A stretch of 36,936 bases of DNA, from assembly GCF_001194135.2 (NCBI RefSeq), contig NC_068990.1, forward strand, positions 39,424,075 to 39,461,010. The letters are read 5' to 3'. Under the pieces are notes generated by a model. It searched no databases and had not been told where the DNA came from. It saw only the letters and a list, made by a program, of their open reading frames with translations. The position numbers and the translations under genes are program-made. The first letter of the stretch is position 1. Each line of letters starts with the position of its first letter. Below, one piece after another: positions 22,563-33,680 of the stretch. This stretch comes from Octopus bimaculoides. Its lineage: Eukaryota.

Positions 22563-22997
22563 TCATAGTGCTACTGCTGCTGCTGCTTCTGTTGTTGTTG
22601 GCTGCGCTGGTGTTGTAGTGTTGCTAGTGTTGATGGTTGTAATGGTTAGTAGTGGTAATGATGATGAAAATAGTGGTGACAGAGATGGCGTAGGTAGAAT
22701 TAGTGGATGTTCTGTTGTAAGACTAATGTATATATACGTTTCAGTAGTTTGACTATAGTAACAACATGCTTAAATCACACATTTCAATATTATGGCTATA
22801 TAGTCAACATCTCTATATCACATGTTTCAAGAGTATACCAAGACATTCAATATGCATATATCACACTTTTTAATAGTATAACTATAGTGTCGACGTGCAT
22901 AATTCATGCTTCCACTATGGGCCAGAAAGTAAATCAATGCTAAAGTGAGAGATAACATATTTAATGCTATTTAAGGATAAGGAACATTAATTAAATA

Positions 22998-23089
22998 CGT
23001 GTACTTATTCTATTGGTCTCTTTGGCTGAGCCGTTAAGTTATGGGGACGACGTAAACACACCAACACCGGTTGTAAAGCAGTGGTGGCA

Positions 23090-23164
<75 letters not shown>

Positions 23165-23305
23165 TTTTTAGCTTCCATCGAGCAAATCCACTCACGTGGC
23201 TTTGGTCGGCCCAAAGCTTCAGTAGAAGACACCTGCACAAGATGTAACGCAGTGGGAATTAATTCGAAACCATACTTTTGGGAAGCAAGCTTCTTACCAC
23301 ACACA
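22998..23305 (-). mobile_element. Older SINE family C copy with expanded internal (CA)n
   Basis: Diverged reverse-complement match to 21429-21810; (CA)n at about 23091-23158. Confidence 0.8.
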
Positions 23306-23321
23306 CATTCACTGTTTTGAA

Positions 23322-23479
23322 TTAATCATGCATTTTGTAGCTTTGTGATTTTTATGGTGCAATTGTCTATATTTAGGACATTGTAGGATAGGTGTGAGAG
23401 GCTAAATCTGGCTGGTTTGAACATAAGCCAGATAGAATATTTAGACCGGATACCGCTAATTTAAATGCTAAAGGGTTAC
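23322..23479. mobile_element. Fragment of a probable piggyBac-like MITE
   Basis: Ends in AATGCTAAAGGG-TTAC, the reverse complement of a TTAA-CCCTTTAG type terminus with a decayed TTAA. The opposite terminus is not seen. Confidence 0.4.
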
Positions 23480-23504
23480 ACAGCAGTAGATTTCTAAGAC
23501 AACT

Positions 23505-23863
23505 ACTTGCTTACCAACCACATGGTTCTGGGTTCAGTCCCACTGCGTGGCACCTTGGGCAAGTGTCTTCTACTATAGCCTCAGTGGATTTGGTAGACGG
23601 AAACTGAAAGAAGCTCGTCGTATATATATATGTATATATATATATGCGTGTGTATATGTTTGTGTGTCTATGTTTGTCCCCCAACATCGCTTGACAACCG
23701 ATGCTGGTGTGTTTACGTTCCCGTAACTTAGCGGTTCGGCAAAAGAGTCCGATAGAATAAGTAATAGGCTTACAAAGAATAAGTACTGCGGTCCATTTCT
23801 TCGACAAAGGACGGTGCTCCAGCATGGCCGCAGTCAAATGACTGAAACAAGTATAAAAGAGTA
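23505..23863 (+). mobile_element. tRNA-derived SINE family C, 5'-truncated, ~20-bp internal deletion
   Basis: Starts at CTTGCTTACCAACC; lacks the GGCCGACCAAAGCCTTGTG segment present in other copies. Confidence 0.92.
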
Positions 23864-24364
23864 CGGTATATTCTCGTACATTCACTGCTTCGACAAGAGA
23901 TTGCAAAGTAGGGTGAAATTTATGAGTGGCTGATGAGATAATAATAAGCTAGAATCATGTCAGAAGTTGTTACTCGTACATGCCAATATTATTAAAATAA
24001 TATTAACCAACGACTTGTTATTTTTCCTGACCGCATTAATATTTCTAATGAGCTTTTAAATACTCTCTGTATTACATATATTAATTAAATATATTAACGC
24101 TAACTTAACTACATAAGCGTGTGTTGGGAATGTGTATGTACATGTTTTATATGCTTAGTGTGTGCGTATGTGTGCGTGTGTATGTGCGAATGTGTAAGTG
24201 TATCAACAGAGAAGCGAAAGTGCACGAATATGTACGTCTATGTAATATGTGTGTGTATGTATTCATGTATATTATATATGTATGTATGTTTATATATATG
24301 TATGTACGTTTTTAAATGTGTGTATATATATATATATATATATATGTTAAATCTCTGAACGAGG

Positions 24365-24430
<66 letters not shown>

Positions 24431-24859
24431 TCGTATATATACTATGTATGTATTTGCATATATGCATGTGTATGTATGTATTTTCATGTATGCATGTATA
24501 CGTATATCTGTCTATGTATATATGCTATGTGCATACGCATTATGTGTGCGTGTACATGCATGTGTGCATCTGTGATAATGCATATATGTCCATATACGTG
24601 CATACGTGTTTGTTTCTTTTTTTAATGTGTACGTGTGAGTGTGTAAGCACAAGTATGTGAGTGATGTATGAATGTGCGTGTGCGTAAGTTTCGCCAGAAG
24701 TCCTCATTAAGAGTGGTAGAAAATTTCAGTACAATAATTAAGCAGATATTAATTCGTTGCTGACACTCCACGTGCTCAATGAATAATTTTGATACATTAT
24801 CACCCACAGAAGCTGCACCATAAATCAAACAGAACCCTGGTGCATTCATAATGCACATG

Positions 24860-25870
24860 CTGGGGTAGGTGAGTGGTAGTTGGGTTAGGTGGTGAATGTG
24901 GTGGTGGTGGTAGTGGTGGAGGATGGTGGGTGTTGTTAGTAGTTGGGGGTGGGGTGCGGTGGGGGAATACTAGGTATTGGTGGTAGTGTTGATTGTAAGG
25001 ATGGACAGTATTAGGTGATATTGGGAAAGAGGTGGTGGTGGTGGTGATGGTAATGTGGTTGTGGTGGTGGTGCTGGTGGTGGTGTCAGTGTTAGGTGTAA
25101 TAGTTTTAATGATTGTGAAGGTGGTAGTGGTGACGGTGTCTGTGGCAATGGTGACGGTGATGGTGATGGTGGTGGTGGTGATGATGGTGGTAGTAACCGA
25201 TGTTGTGTCGTCGCTGTGGTGATTGTGGTTGTCATAGTGACCATAGTGGCCGTGACGTTGAGAGTTGGCTTTGGCGGTGGTGGTGGTGGTGGTCATCGTC
25301 ATCGTTGTTGTTGTTGGTGGTGGTGGTGGTGGTATTGGTGGTGGTGGTGGTGGTGGTGGTAGTGGTGGTGGTGGTNNNNNNNNNNNNNNNNNNNNNNNNN
25401 NNNNNNNNNNNNNNNNNNNNNNNNNNNNNNNNNNNNNNNNNNNNNNNNNNNNNNNNNNNNNNNNNNNNNNNNNNNNNNNNNNNNNNNNNNNNNNNNNNNN
25501 NNNNNNNNNNNNNNNNNNNNNNNNNNNNNNNNNNNNNNNNNNNNNNNNNNNNNNNNNNNNNNNNNNNNNNNNNNNNNNNNNNNNNNNNNNNNNGTGGTGG
25601 TGGTGGTGGATTGTCGAGTCGTCGTCGATGTTGCGTCACCGCCAACGTCAGCGTGGTGGTGGTTGTGAATGTGGTCGTAATGGTCATAGTGACCGTAGTT
25701 GTGGTGGTGGTGGTGGTGGTGGTGGGCGTAGCCGTCGTTATGGGGGGTCATGGTCATGGTCACGGTGGTCATGGTTGATGTGGTGGTCATCGTCATTGTC
25801 GTCTTGTTGATGGTGGTGGTGGTGGTGGTCGTCGTCGTCGTCGCCGTCGTCTTGATAGCAGTCGTGGTGG
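24860..25870. repeat. G-rich imperfect (GGT)n/(GTC)n array spanning an assembly gap
   Basis: Direct reading; N-gap at 25376-25593. Confidence 0.9.
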
Positions 25871-25917
25871 TAGTGGAGTTAGCTGTAGTAGTTGTAATTG
25901 TGCTAAAAGTCAGTTAG

Positions 25918-26085
25918 TAGTGTTCAGTCTAAGATTAGCTCTGATCGTGTGGATCTATCATCAGAAGCGTTCCATCCGTAAACATTCCATCTTCTCGTAT
26001 AATGGGAACTACTTTCCCAACGTGTCTTTCGTTTCTCAAGACAGCAACATGAAAGACATTTGGTTGCACTTTCTTGCGAGTAAAG
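25918..26085 (+). mobile_element. Family E repeat, decayed
   Basis: TGTTCAGTCTAAGATTAGCTCTGATCGTGTGGATCTATCATCAGAAGCGTTCCA aligns with the other family E copies. Confidence 0.5.
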
Positions 26086-26168
26086 CAACAGTTATAAAAG
26101 CTGTCTCATTGGTACAAACACATTGATGGTGTTGAATCGGATGTAGTATATATATATGTGTGAGGGGG

Positions 26169-26203
<35 letters not shown>

Positions 26204-26715
26204 GATGACCACTAGGTGGACTTCCTTTACGCTAGAAATCGACCATCAACGGTTTTAAATTTAAATTTATATATATATATAGTTCAAAACTTACTGTGTA
26301 AAGATAACGCGTGCGTTCGATCGTGTGATACAAACACTATCTGAGTATATGCATATATATGTACGTGTATGTACATACCTTCATGTACATGTACATATAT
26401 ATATAGAGAGAGAGAGATAGACAGACGGGTACATACAGTGACGGCGCCGGTTGTGGTGATATCATAGTGAGAGGTAGTGAGAGGTAGTGNNNNNNNNNNN
26501 NNNNNNNNNNNNNNNNNNNNNNNNNNNNNNNNNNNNNNNNNNNNNNNNNNNNNNNNNNNNNNNNNNNNNNNNNNNNNNNNNNNNNNNNNNNNNNNNNNNN
26601 NNNNNNNNNNNNNNNNNNNNNNNNNNNNNNNNNNNNNNNNNNNNNNNNNNNNNNNNNNNNNNNNNNNNNNNNNNNNNNNNNNNNNNNNNNNNNNNNNNNN
26701 NNNNNNNNNNNNNNN

Positions 26716-26899
26716 ATTCTTTTCTACTCTAGGCACATGGCCCGAAATTTTGGAGAAGGGGGCCAGTCGATTAGACCGACCGCAGTACACAACTGGTACT
26801 TAATTTATCGACCCCGAAAGGTTGAAAGGCAAAGTCGACCTCGGCGAAATTTGAACTCGGAACGTAAAGACAGACGAGATACCGCTGAGCATTTCGATC
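26716..26899 (-). mobile_element. SINE family A, 5'-truncated at an (AG)n tract
   Basis: Well-preserved reverse complement of family A, with B-box GAGTTCAAATTTCG and GAGGTCGACTTTGCCTTTCAACCTTTCGGGGTCGATAAA. Confidence 0.9.
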
Positions 26900-26934
26900 G
26901 AGAGAGAGAGAGAGAAAGCGAGAGAGAGAGAGAA

Positions 26935-27006
<72 letters not shown>

Positions 27007-27025
27007 TGAGAGAGAGAGAAAGAGA
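26900..27025. repeat. (AG)n microsatellite
   Basis: Direct reading. Confidence 0.95.
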
Positions 27026-27576
27026 CGCGTGGAGAGAGATAGGGAATGACAGAAAAACAGCCCCCAAAAGATAGACAAGAATGCTACAAAAGAAGATAAA
27101 TCAGAGATTGAATATCAGAGAAATACATGATGATGATGATGATGATGAAGATGATGATGGCGGCGGTGGCGGTGGCTGCGGTGGTGGAAGCAACGGCGGC
27201 GGCAGCTGTGGAGGCGGCAGCAGTGGAGGCGACGGTGGACGTCGTCGTCGTCGTAGTGGTGGTGATTGTGATAATGAGCTGTGAGGCTGCTGTAATTAGG
27301 TCAGGGTACGAAATTATTGTAGATGAGGGTGTAATGGGTGGATTTAATTCTTTTTAATTGGCACCATAACACCCCACTCCTCCCAGCCCACTCCTTAATA
27401 TTCCTCCTACTCGCCTGCTCTGGCTCCCCGCTCTTAATCGCCATCTTGCACCCTTCTACCTGGCCATAAACACCGGAAACACCCTCACCTCTACACCCTC
27501 ACCATCACCACCACCACAACAATTACCACCACCATCACCACCACCACCACTACAGTCACCTTTATTGCTATCACTA

Positions 27577-27720
27577 GTGAAGGCGCGTGACTGAGTCCTA
27601 AAAGGTGTGCTGCTCACGATTATAAGATCGTGAATTCAATCTCTTGATTGGGATTTGTGTCATTGAGTAAAGTAAAATGATCATTTCACGTAGCTCCAAT
27701 CTACTTCGCTGAAAATGTTT
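27577..27720 (+). mobile_element. Decayed CORE-type SINE head (same head family as 4541 and 5214)
   Basis: GTGAAGGCGCGTGACTGAG...ATCGTGAATTCAATC...TGTGTCATTGAGTAAAG...ATTTCACGTAGCTCCA. Confidence 0.6.
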
Positions 27721-27912
27721 TCTATCCAAGTACTGGTGCTGTTCTCTCTGCCACCAGTTGTATTCTGGGTGTTCAAAAGTGAGGAGGTCGAGAGGGTGAC
27801 AATATCTACTGGCGCCTACAAATAATACATAGGTACCAAAACCAATGAGTGAAAGCCATGGTATACGCAAGTAGATCATACTCGCTCGCGAGTGACGTCT
27901 GGCTGTATTTGT

Positions 27913-27943
<31 letters not shown>

Positions 27944-27957
27944 AAATCACTATGTAT

Positions 27958-28440
27958 TACTCTTTTACTCTTATTTGTTTCAGTAATTTGACTGTGGCCA
28001 TGCTGGAGCACCGCCTTTAGTCGAGTAAATCGACCCCAGGACTTATTCTTTGTAAGCCTAGTACTTATTCTATCGTTCTCTTTTGCCGAACCGCTAAGTT
28101 ACGGGGACACACCACCATCGGTTGTCAAGCGATGTTGGGAGGACAAACACAGACACACAAACATATACACACATACATACATTATATATATATAACAAAA
28201 AAGCAACAAAGTGAGGACGTGATACGGATAGTGTTATTAGACGCTCGGGAAAGGAAAGAGCGAGATATACATATATACGACGGGGTTCTTTCAGTTTCCG
28301 TCTACCAAATCCACTCAGAAGCCTTTGGTCGGCCCGAGGCTATAGTAGAAGACACTTGCCCAAGGTGCCACGCAGTGGGACTGAACCCGGAACCATGTGG
28401 TTCGTAAGCAAGCTACTTACCACACAGCCACTCCTACGCC
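27958..28440 (-). mobile_element. SINE family C, full length, carrying a 70-bp secondary insertion
   Basis: Minus strand GGCGTAGGAGTGGCTGTGTGG (A-box) and GGTTCAGTCCC (B-box-like), with the full body and tail. Foreign segment at 28195-28264. Confidence 0.93.
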
Positions 28441-28669
28441 TATATTCTCTATATTTTTTAAAACCATACCATGCCTTACACTACATCGGTCTATTCACGG
28501 CAGCCTGACTCGAATTTTTTTGAGTCTTTGGACGGGGTAAGAAGTTCGTAGTCTCTAAGTCCACATATCCTCCATTTCTTGGAGGTAACGGGATACGACA
28601 ACTGGTCTCCTGTGACGCTTTCATAGCACAATATAAAGCCCAATTCCGGAAGAGGGAAAAGAAAGAGGT

Positions 28670-28876
28670 GGGAACATAGGGACAAGATCTCAAATTTAGG
28701 AGAAAGAGTCAATCAAATTGACTCCAGTTTTTGATAGATACCTTAATTATCGATTTCATAAAGATGAAAATCGAAGTCATGTATTGCCTGATTTGAACTC
28801 AGAACATAAAGAGCTGGAAGAAATTAACACCAGATATTATAGTCTGACGCGATGGCGAATTTGCTAATCAACGCCG
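28670..28876 (-). mobile_element. SINE family A, old diverged copy
   Basis: Reverse complement contains TTATGTTCTGAGTTCAAATC...TTTCATCTTTATGAAATCGATAA...ACTGGAGTCAAT...CTTGTCCCT. Confidence 0.7.
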
Positions 28877-29019
28877 AAGTAAAATATTTTTTTAAAAATT
28901 TTATTTCCTCAAAAGATTAGGAGTGTATTATTTGACTTAGGAGTAGAAACCACTCGTGGTGGAAGGGAAAGTGAGACATTTATTGAACAATAAACAAATA
29001 ATAGTGACAACAATACTGA

Positions 29020-30300
29020 CAACAATAAAAACAACAACAACAACGACAGCAATTGTAACAACAGTATCAGCAGCAGTAGTAACAACAGTACCAACAGCAG
29101 CAACCATAATATTACCATCAGCAACAGTAGCAGCACCACCACCAAGAACAGCGGCAGCACCAACAACAACAACAAGCAACAGCCACAACAGGAATAGCAA
29201 CAACAAAAACAACTGCAGGAGCTACAACAGCACATCAGCAGCAACAACAACCACAGCAGCAACACCAGCAACCATAACATTACCATCAACAACAGCAGCA
29301 ACAACAACAGCAACACCAACAACAACAACAGCAACCATAACATTACCATCAACAGCAGCACCACCACCGACAATAACAACAGCAGCAGCAGCGATAGCAG
29401 CAGCAGCGATAGCAGCAGCAGCAACAACAACAACAAGCAACAACCAACCACAAAAGTAATAGAAACAACAAAAACAACTGCAGGAGCTACAACAGCACCA
29501 CCTCCAGCAGCAGCAACACCAACAATAGCAGCAGCAGCAGCAACAACAAGAAGCAACAACTACAACAGCAGCAACAACAAAAATAACTGCAGCAGCAACA
29601 ACACCACCATCAACAACAGCAACAACAACAGCAACATTATTCAGAAGCAGCAACCACGATATCACCATCAACAGCAGCAGCACCAGCAACAACAACAACA
29701 ACAATAACAACAACAGCTGCAGCAGCAGAAGTAGCAACAACAACATCACCATCAACAGCAGCAGCAGCAACAACAACAATGGGTCCAGTAATAGCAATAA
29801 TAAACTCGACAGCAGTAAGACCATTACCGTAGCCATCATTATAATTATCGTCATCACTATCATCACGAGTACTACCATCATCATCTTCATCATCATCATC
29901 ATCATCAGCAGCAGCATTATCATCATCGACAATAGCAACAACAACAACGCAAACCAACAAAAGAGTCTGTACACGATTGCAATACCCAAGAGAAGGCTGA
30001 GAGGTCATGGTTGGAATTCTTTTGATCATAGGCCAGAGCTGACCTAGGGCTGAACAACACAGCTGCAACAACAACGGTCACAGCAGCAGAAGAAGAAGCA
30101 GCAGCAATGAAACGACAACATTTATAAGAGCAACATCAATAGCAACAAGAACAGTGATCGTTACAACAACAACAACAAAAGCAGCAGCAGCAGCAGCAGA
30201 ATGAAAATCAACAACTATAACAGCAACAGAATCGATAACAACAACAACTACTACAACAACAACAACAACAACAACAACAACGGCAGCAGCAGGAACAACA
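29020..30300. repeat. Cryptic (CAA/CAG)n array with higher-order internal duplications
   Basis: Direct reading. CAGCAACCATAAYATTACCATCA recurs, as does AAAAACAACTGCAGGAGCTACAACAGCAC. Confidence 0.9.
29985..30060 (-). mobile_element. Family E fragment
   Basis: Reverse complement GTTGTTCAGCCCTAGGTCAGCTCTGGCCTATGATCAAAAGAATTCCAACCATGACC. Confidence 0.6.
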
Positions 30301-30784
30301 CTAATATAAAGTGACGTAATGAAATGTGCCCTGTAGGTGTTGGTGTCATCATTACAAACATCTTTGTTGTTGTTCTTGTTATTTATTTATCTATTTATTT
30401 ATTTATTTAAAGTAGTAGTAGTAGTAGTAGTAGCAGCAGCAGCAGCAGCAGCAGCGACGGCAGGGGCTGTGGCAGCGGCAGCAGTTATCAAATGCAGCGT
30501 GTAAAATGCATTTGATGAAGGTCTTCTGAGGATTCCCCCAGATTGCAATTGTGTTCGTTAACGCTTGCAGGATTACATTAACTAATTAATATTAAATGAG
30601 AGAGAGAGAGAGGATGAGTGGAGGTGAAGGTGGAGGGTTCAGATTGCTGTGACAGTAATTTACAACATTAGAAGAGTTTTACTCTATCATCTTCATCCTC
30701 TATCTCATAGCGGTGAGTTCAAAACAGACTCAGACTTAATTTCTCTTTCTTTTGCTGGTATAATGGTTATCTTTTGCTGTATAA

Positions 30785-30895
30785 CCCTTAGTCAGCCTTG
30801 ATCCAGCAGAACTATGTCTAAAGATGATTTAGTCATGATCATTCCGTTTTTAGTTTCCTAGCCTATATATCTTGGACTATATTAGGCGATATGTA
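30785..30895 (+). mobile_element. Family E fragment
   Basis: GTCAGCCTTGATCCAGCAGAACTATG...CATGATCA...TATATCTTGGACTATATT. Confidence 0.55.
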
Positions 30896-31312
30896 CTTTT
30901 CCTTTTTGTAACGGTAGAGAGTTATTTGAGGAAGACATGGCTACAACATCAAGCAGATAAGGTGATATCGTATTCAGCATTTTTCTGGCTCGTTATAAAT
31001 GTCAAACGATTAATGTGTGCCATCCTTTTTCAAGGTTTCATTTTGCCTTGGTGTAAGGAAGATGCTGCTTCTAGTACTAAAGGTGAAATGATCTGAGTCC
31101 AACCGGTGCTGAGACTGCAATGCCGAATATGCAGATCATGAGCTTACAATATTTTGTGGAAAATTCGATTAATTACCATTAAGCTCGCAAAATTCATTGC
31201 TTTATGTATGATTCACTGTCTCGCTATTTTCCGTTCTATATCATAACAGTATTGCGCCTATATCATACAGTGTTGTCTGTGCTTTACATGATTCCAAATA
31301 GCAATAAATGAA

Positions 31313-31527
31313 TACGGCGGGGTATTGAAAGATTTCTGGCCTTAGGTTAAACAGGAGGATCAGTTAATTAGGATTTTATTCAACATATTCTCCTCTCAGA
31401 TTCACACACTTATTGCAGCGGCATTTCAGGTTTTCTAAGCCTTGTAAAAGAACTCGAAAGAGTGGTTCTCCAACCAAACCTTTCGTGATATCCTTAAAGG
31501 TAGGAGCTTTTCAGCACCCACCTCGTA
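31313..31527 (-). mobile_element. Mariner-derived MITE retaining the transposase C-terminus
   Basis: Imperfect TIRs TACGGCGGGGTATTGAAAG...CCTT and AAGG...CTTTTCAGCACCCACCTCGTA, bounded by TA. Minus strand 31438-31376 encodes LENLKCRCNKCVNLRGEYVE*, matching the mariner RWxKCVxxxGxYVE end. Confidence 0.85.
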
Positions 31528-32034
31528 TACGAAGGCCGGTTTAATTAACAATGAGGTTTCTACTGAGTATCCGTTCAACATAAAAAATAGATTGTTACCT
31601 CTAAAGGTGGAATTTCAACAAGCATCGTCAAACTTCTGTGACAGATTCTCCCACCTCTCCTCTCTCCCTCCTTCTACTTCCGTCATTTTTACTGTGTCTC
31701 ATACTCAAGCAATCACCGTACTAAACAAACACTAGTCACTCCTCCTATATTTTATCCTTCTAGAATTCTTTGTTCAAATTTTTTTTGTACAGATATCAAC
31801 CTGAATATATTCAAGTTGAATATTAACCGCATCCACCCATCTGGGAAGAGGAGCTGTCAAGATCACGGCCACTATCTTTTCTCTCCTGAATGATATTTTG
31901 ACATTAGGAATGAAAATTTCATAACAAGTACACACTACGTATGAGCTACATTATATTCTACGTATGAACTAGAAGACACATTAAATATGAATGACAATAT
32001 ACAACCACGAATAAACTATAATAGACATTGTATC

Positions 32035-32260
32035 ATCATTATCCCTTCCACGTGATATCCTCATAATCATCCATGTTGCCACGGGCTGGATTGTTCAATG
32101 GGATCCGAAGAGTCGGAGACCTGCGTCGTACTCTAATGTCTGATTTGTCTTGGTTTCTATCGTTTGCTGCCCTTCTTAACTCCAATTACTTTACAGAGTG
32201 TACTGGGTTCTTTTTCATGGTATCTGCACTAGTGTGGTCACCATGTAGCTCGCAAGACTA
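32035..32260 (-). mobile_element. Decayed SINE or LINE-tail fragment ending in GAT-like repeats
   Basis: Minus strand CCCAGTACACTCTGTAAAGTAATTGGAGTTAAGAAGGGCAGC...GGCAACATGGATGATTATGAGG...ATGATGAT. It resembles an RTE-associated SINE tail from memory; there is only one copy here. Confidence 0.45.
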
Positions 32261-33139
32261 TGATTTTCTTGGACTAAGTGGTACTATAGTAAAGAATGAG
32301 ATAGCTTTATGCTAGATGTTAAGAAATTAAAGTATGAAAGAAGGGGAAGGAACAAGTTTGTTTCTATAGAGAAGATACATATCTGTCTCACATTATTTAA
32401 GAGTGTGTGAGAATAACCGGAACAGAGCTAGAATAATAGAAATTATGGTGGCGATACATTTTCTCTATATGATCCAATACACGATATAAATGACCAATAA
32501 AACACTCTTCATATAAACTAACTACAATACATTCTAATTATAAACTAAATTACATTCTACATATTAATTACAATATTAACGTTATTAGAGATTAGTTTTT
32601 AGAAATGGAGGGAAATGCTTCAAACTATTAACTCCACATTTTACTGGTCTAATTTCTTTTATCTTACTTTTTTTTTTGTCGTGGTGGGTAGGCTATGTAA
32701 AAATATCACTACATTCCGAATGATCTTGTTTTGGTATGTCATCAAGTGACTTGTTACACAAGATTATTGACTAAGAATTTTTGTCTTCAACGCGCCTCAC
32801 TTTTTATAAAATCATAATAGGTAGCAAATTACTAATGTGCAACAAAAAGTAATTTTTGAGACTTAGAGAAAAAGGACATTGTTCATTATTCTTTCCAGAG
32901 CCTTGTGAATAAAAGGATTAAGGACAAGAGTCAGCTACACGAGTAGGCACCAGAGGATTCGATGGTTGTGTTATACTGGACGACAAATTAAGTCTAATTG
33001 GATGGTTGTATTGGAGCCCTGCAAGGCTCTAATAACGGCTCCAATTAAATCACTCAATGAATAGTTGTGCTACACCAGGTGAAGAATTACCACCAAAGAA
33101 CGGGGTTTCAACACGGTTTTACTTCTCCAATTATCATTT

Positions 33140-33250
33140 CGAAGTTTTTGGTCGACATGAAGCTTTGGTAAAAGACACTTGCTCAAGGTGTTGTGCCGTG
33201 GATCGAACTCGATATCATGTAGTTGCGAAGCCAACTTCTTGACTATACAG
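33140..33250 (-). mobile_element. Decayed SINE family C head fragment
   Basis: TTTGGTCGACATGAAGCTTTGGTAAAAGACACTTGCTCAAGGTG...GAACTCGATATCATGTAGTTGCGAAGC aligns with 28325-28420. Confidence 0.6.
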
Positions 33251-33680
33251 TCGTACTTGCACCTGTTTTTCTCGTACAATCTGTTATATTTCAGTGACAG
33301 CCATACATTATTTATACAGCTAAAACTGAATCATAACGTTTTAGTTTTACTCATCAGAGCAATAATTACTATTCTTGATATTAAAAACGGGAAGAACGGG
33401 CTCAGTGGTCATGATCTATGATTTTTGAAACAGTACTTCCTTTTAAGATTGGTGAACTCGATGGGCATTAATGATCAGCTTCAAATCTGTCGGATGACGA
33501 TACCAGTTTGCAGACATGAGGAGACATTATTGGGTCGGTGTTTCGTGTGGGCTCTGTGAGGGGGAGTCTGAGAGATAGTTAGGACGATGACAGAACAGAA
33601 AGGAGGAGGACGGTTGTATCAGATACGGCAAAGCTTGTTGAAGGCGTTTTTGGTCTTTCAAATATATATATCTACACTAT

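Noticed and set aside
26208-26224. CTCF-like CCACTAGGTGG
   Set aside because: A single partial motif match with no supporting context.
28909-30074. Mucin-like T/A-rich ORF (28956-29459) and poly-L ORFs
   Set aside because: Products of the CAA/CAG array, open on both strands, with no splice or domain support.
33325-33355. Minus-strand CTGATGAGTAAAACTAAAACGTT hammerhead-like string
   Set aside because: GAAA is missing and stem I cannot form.
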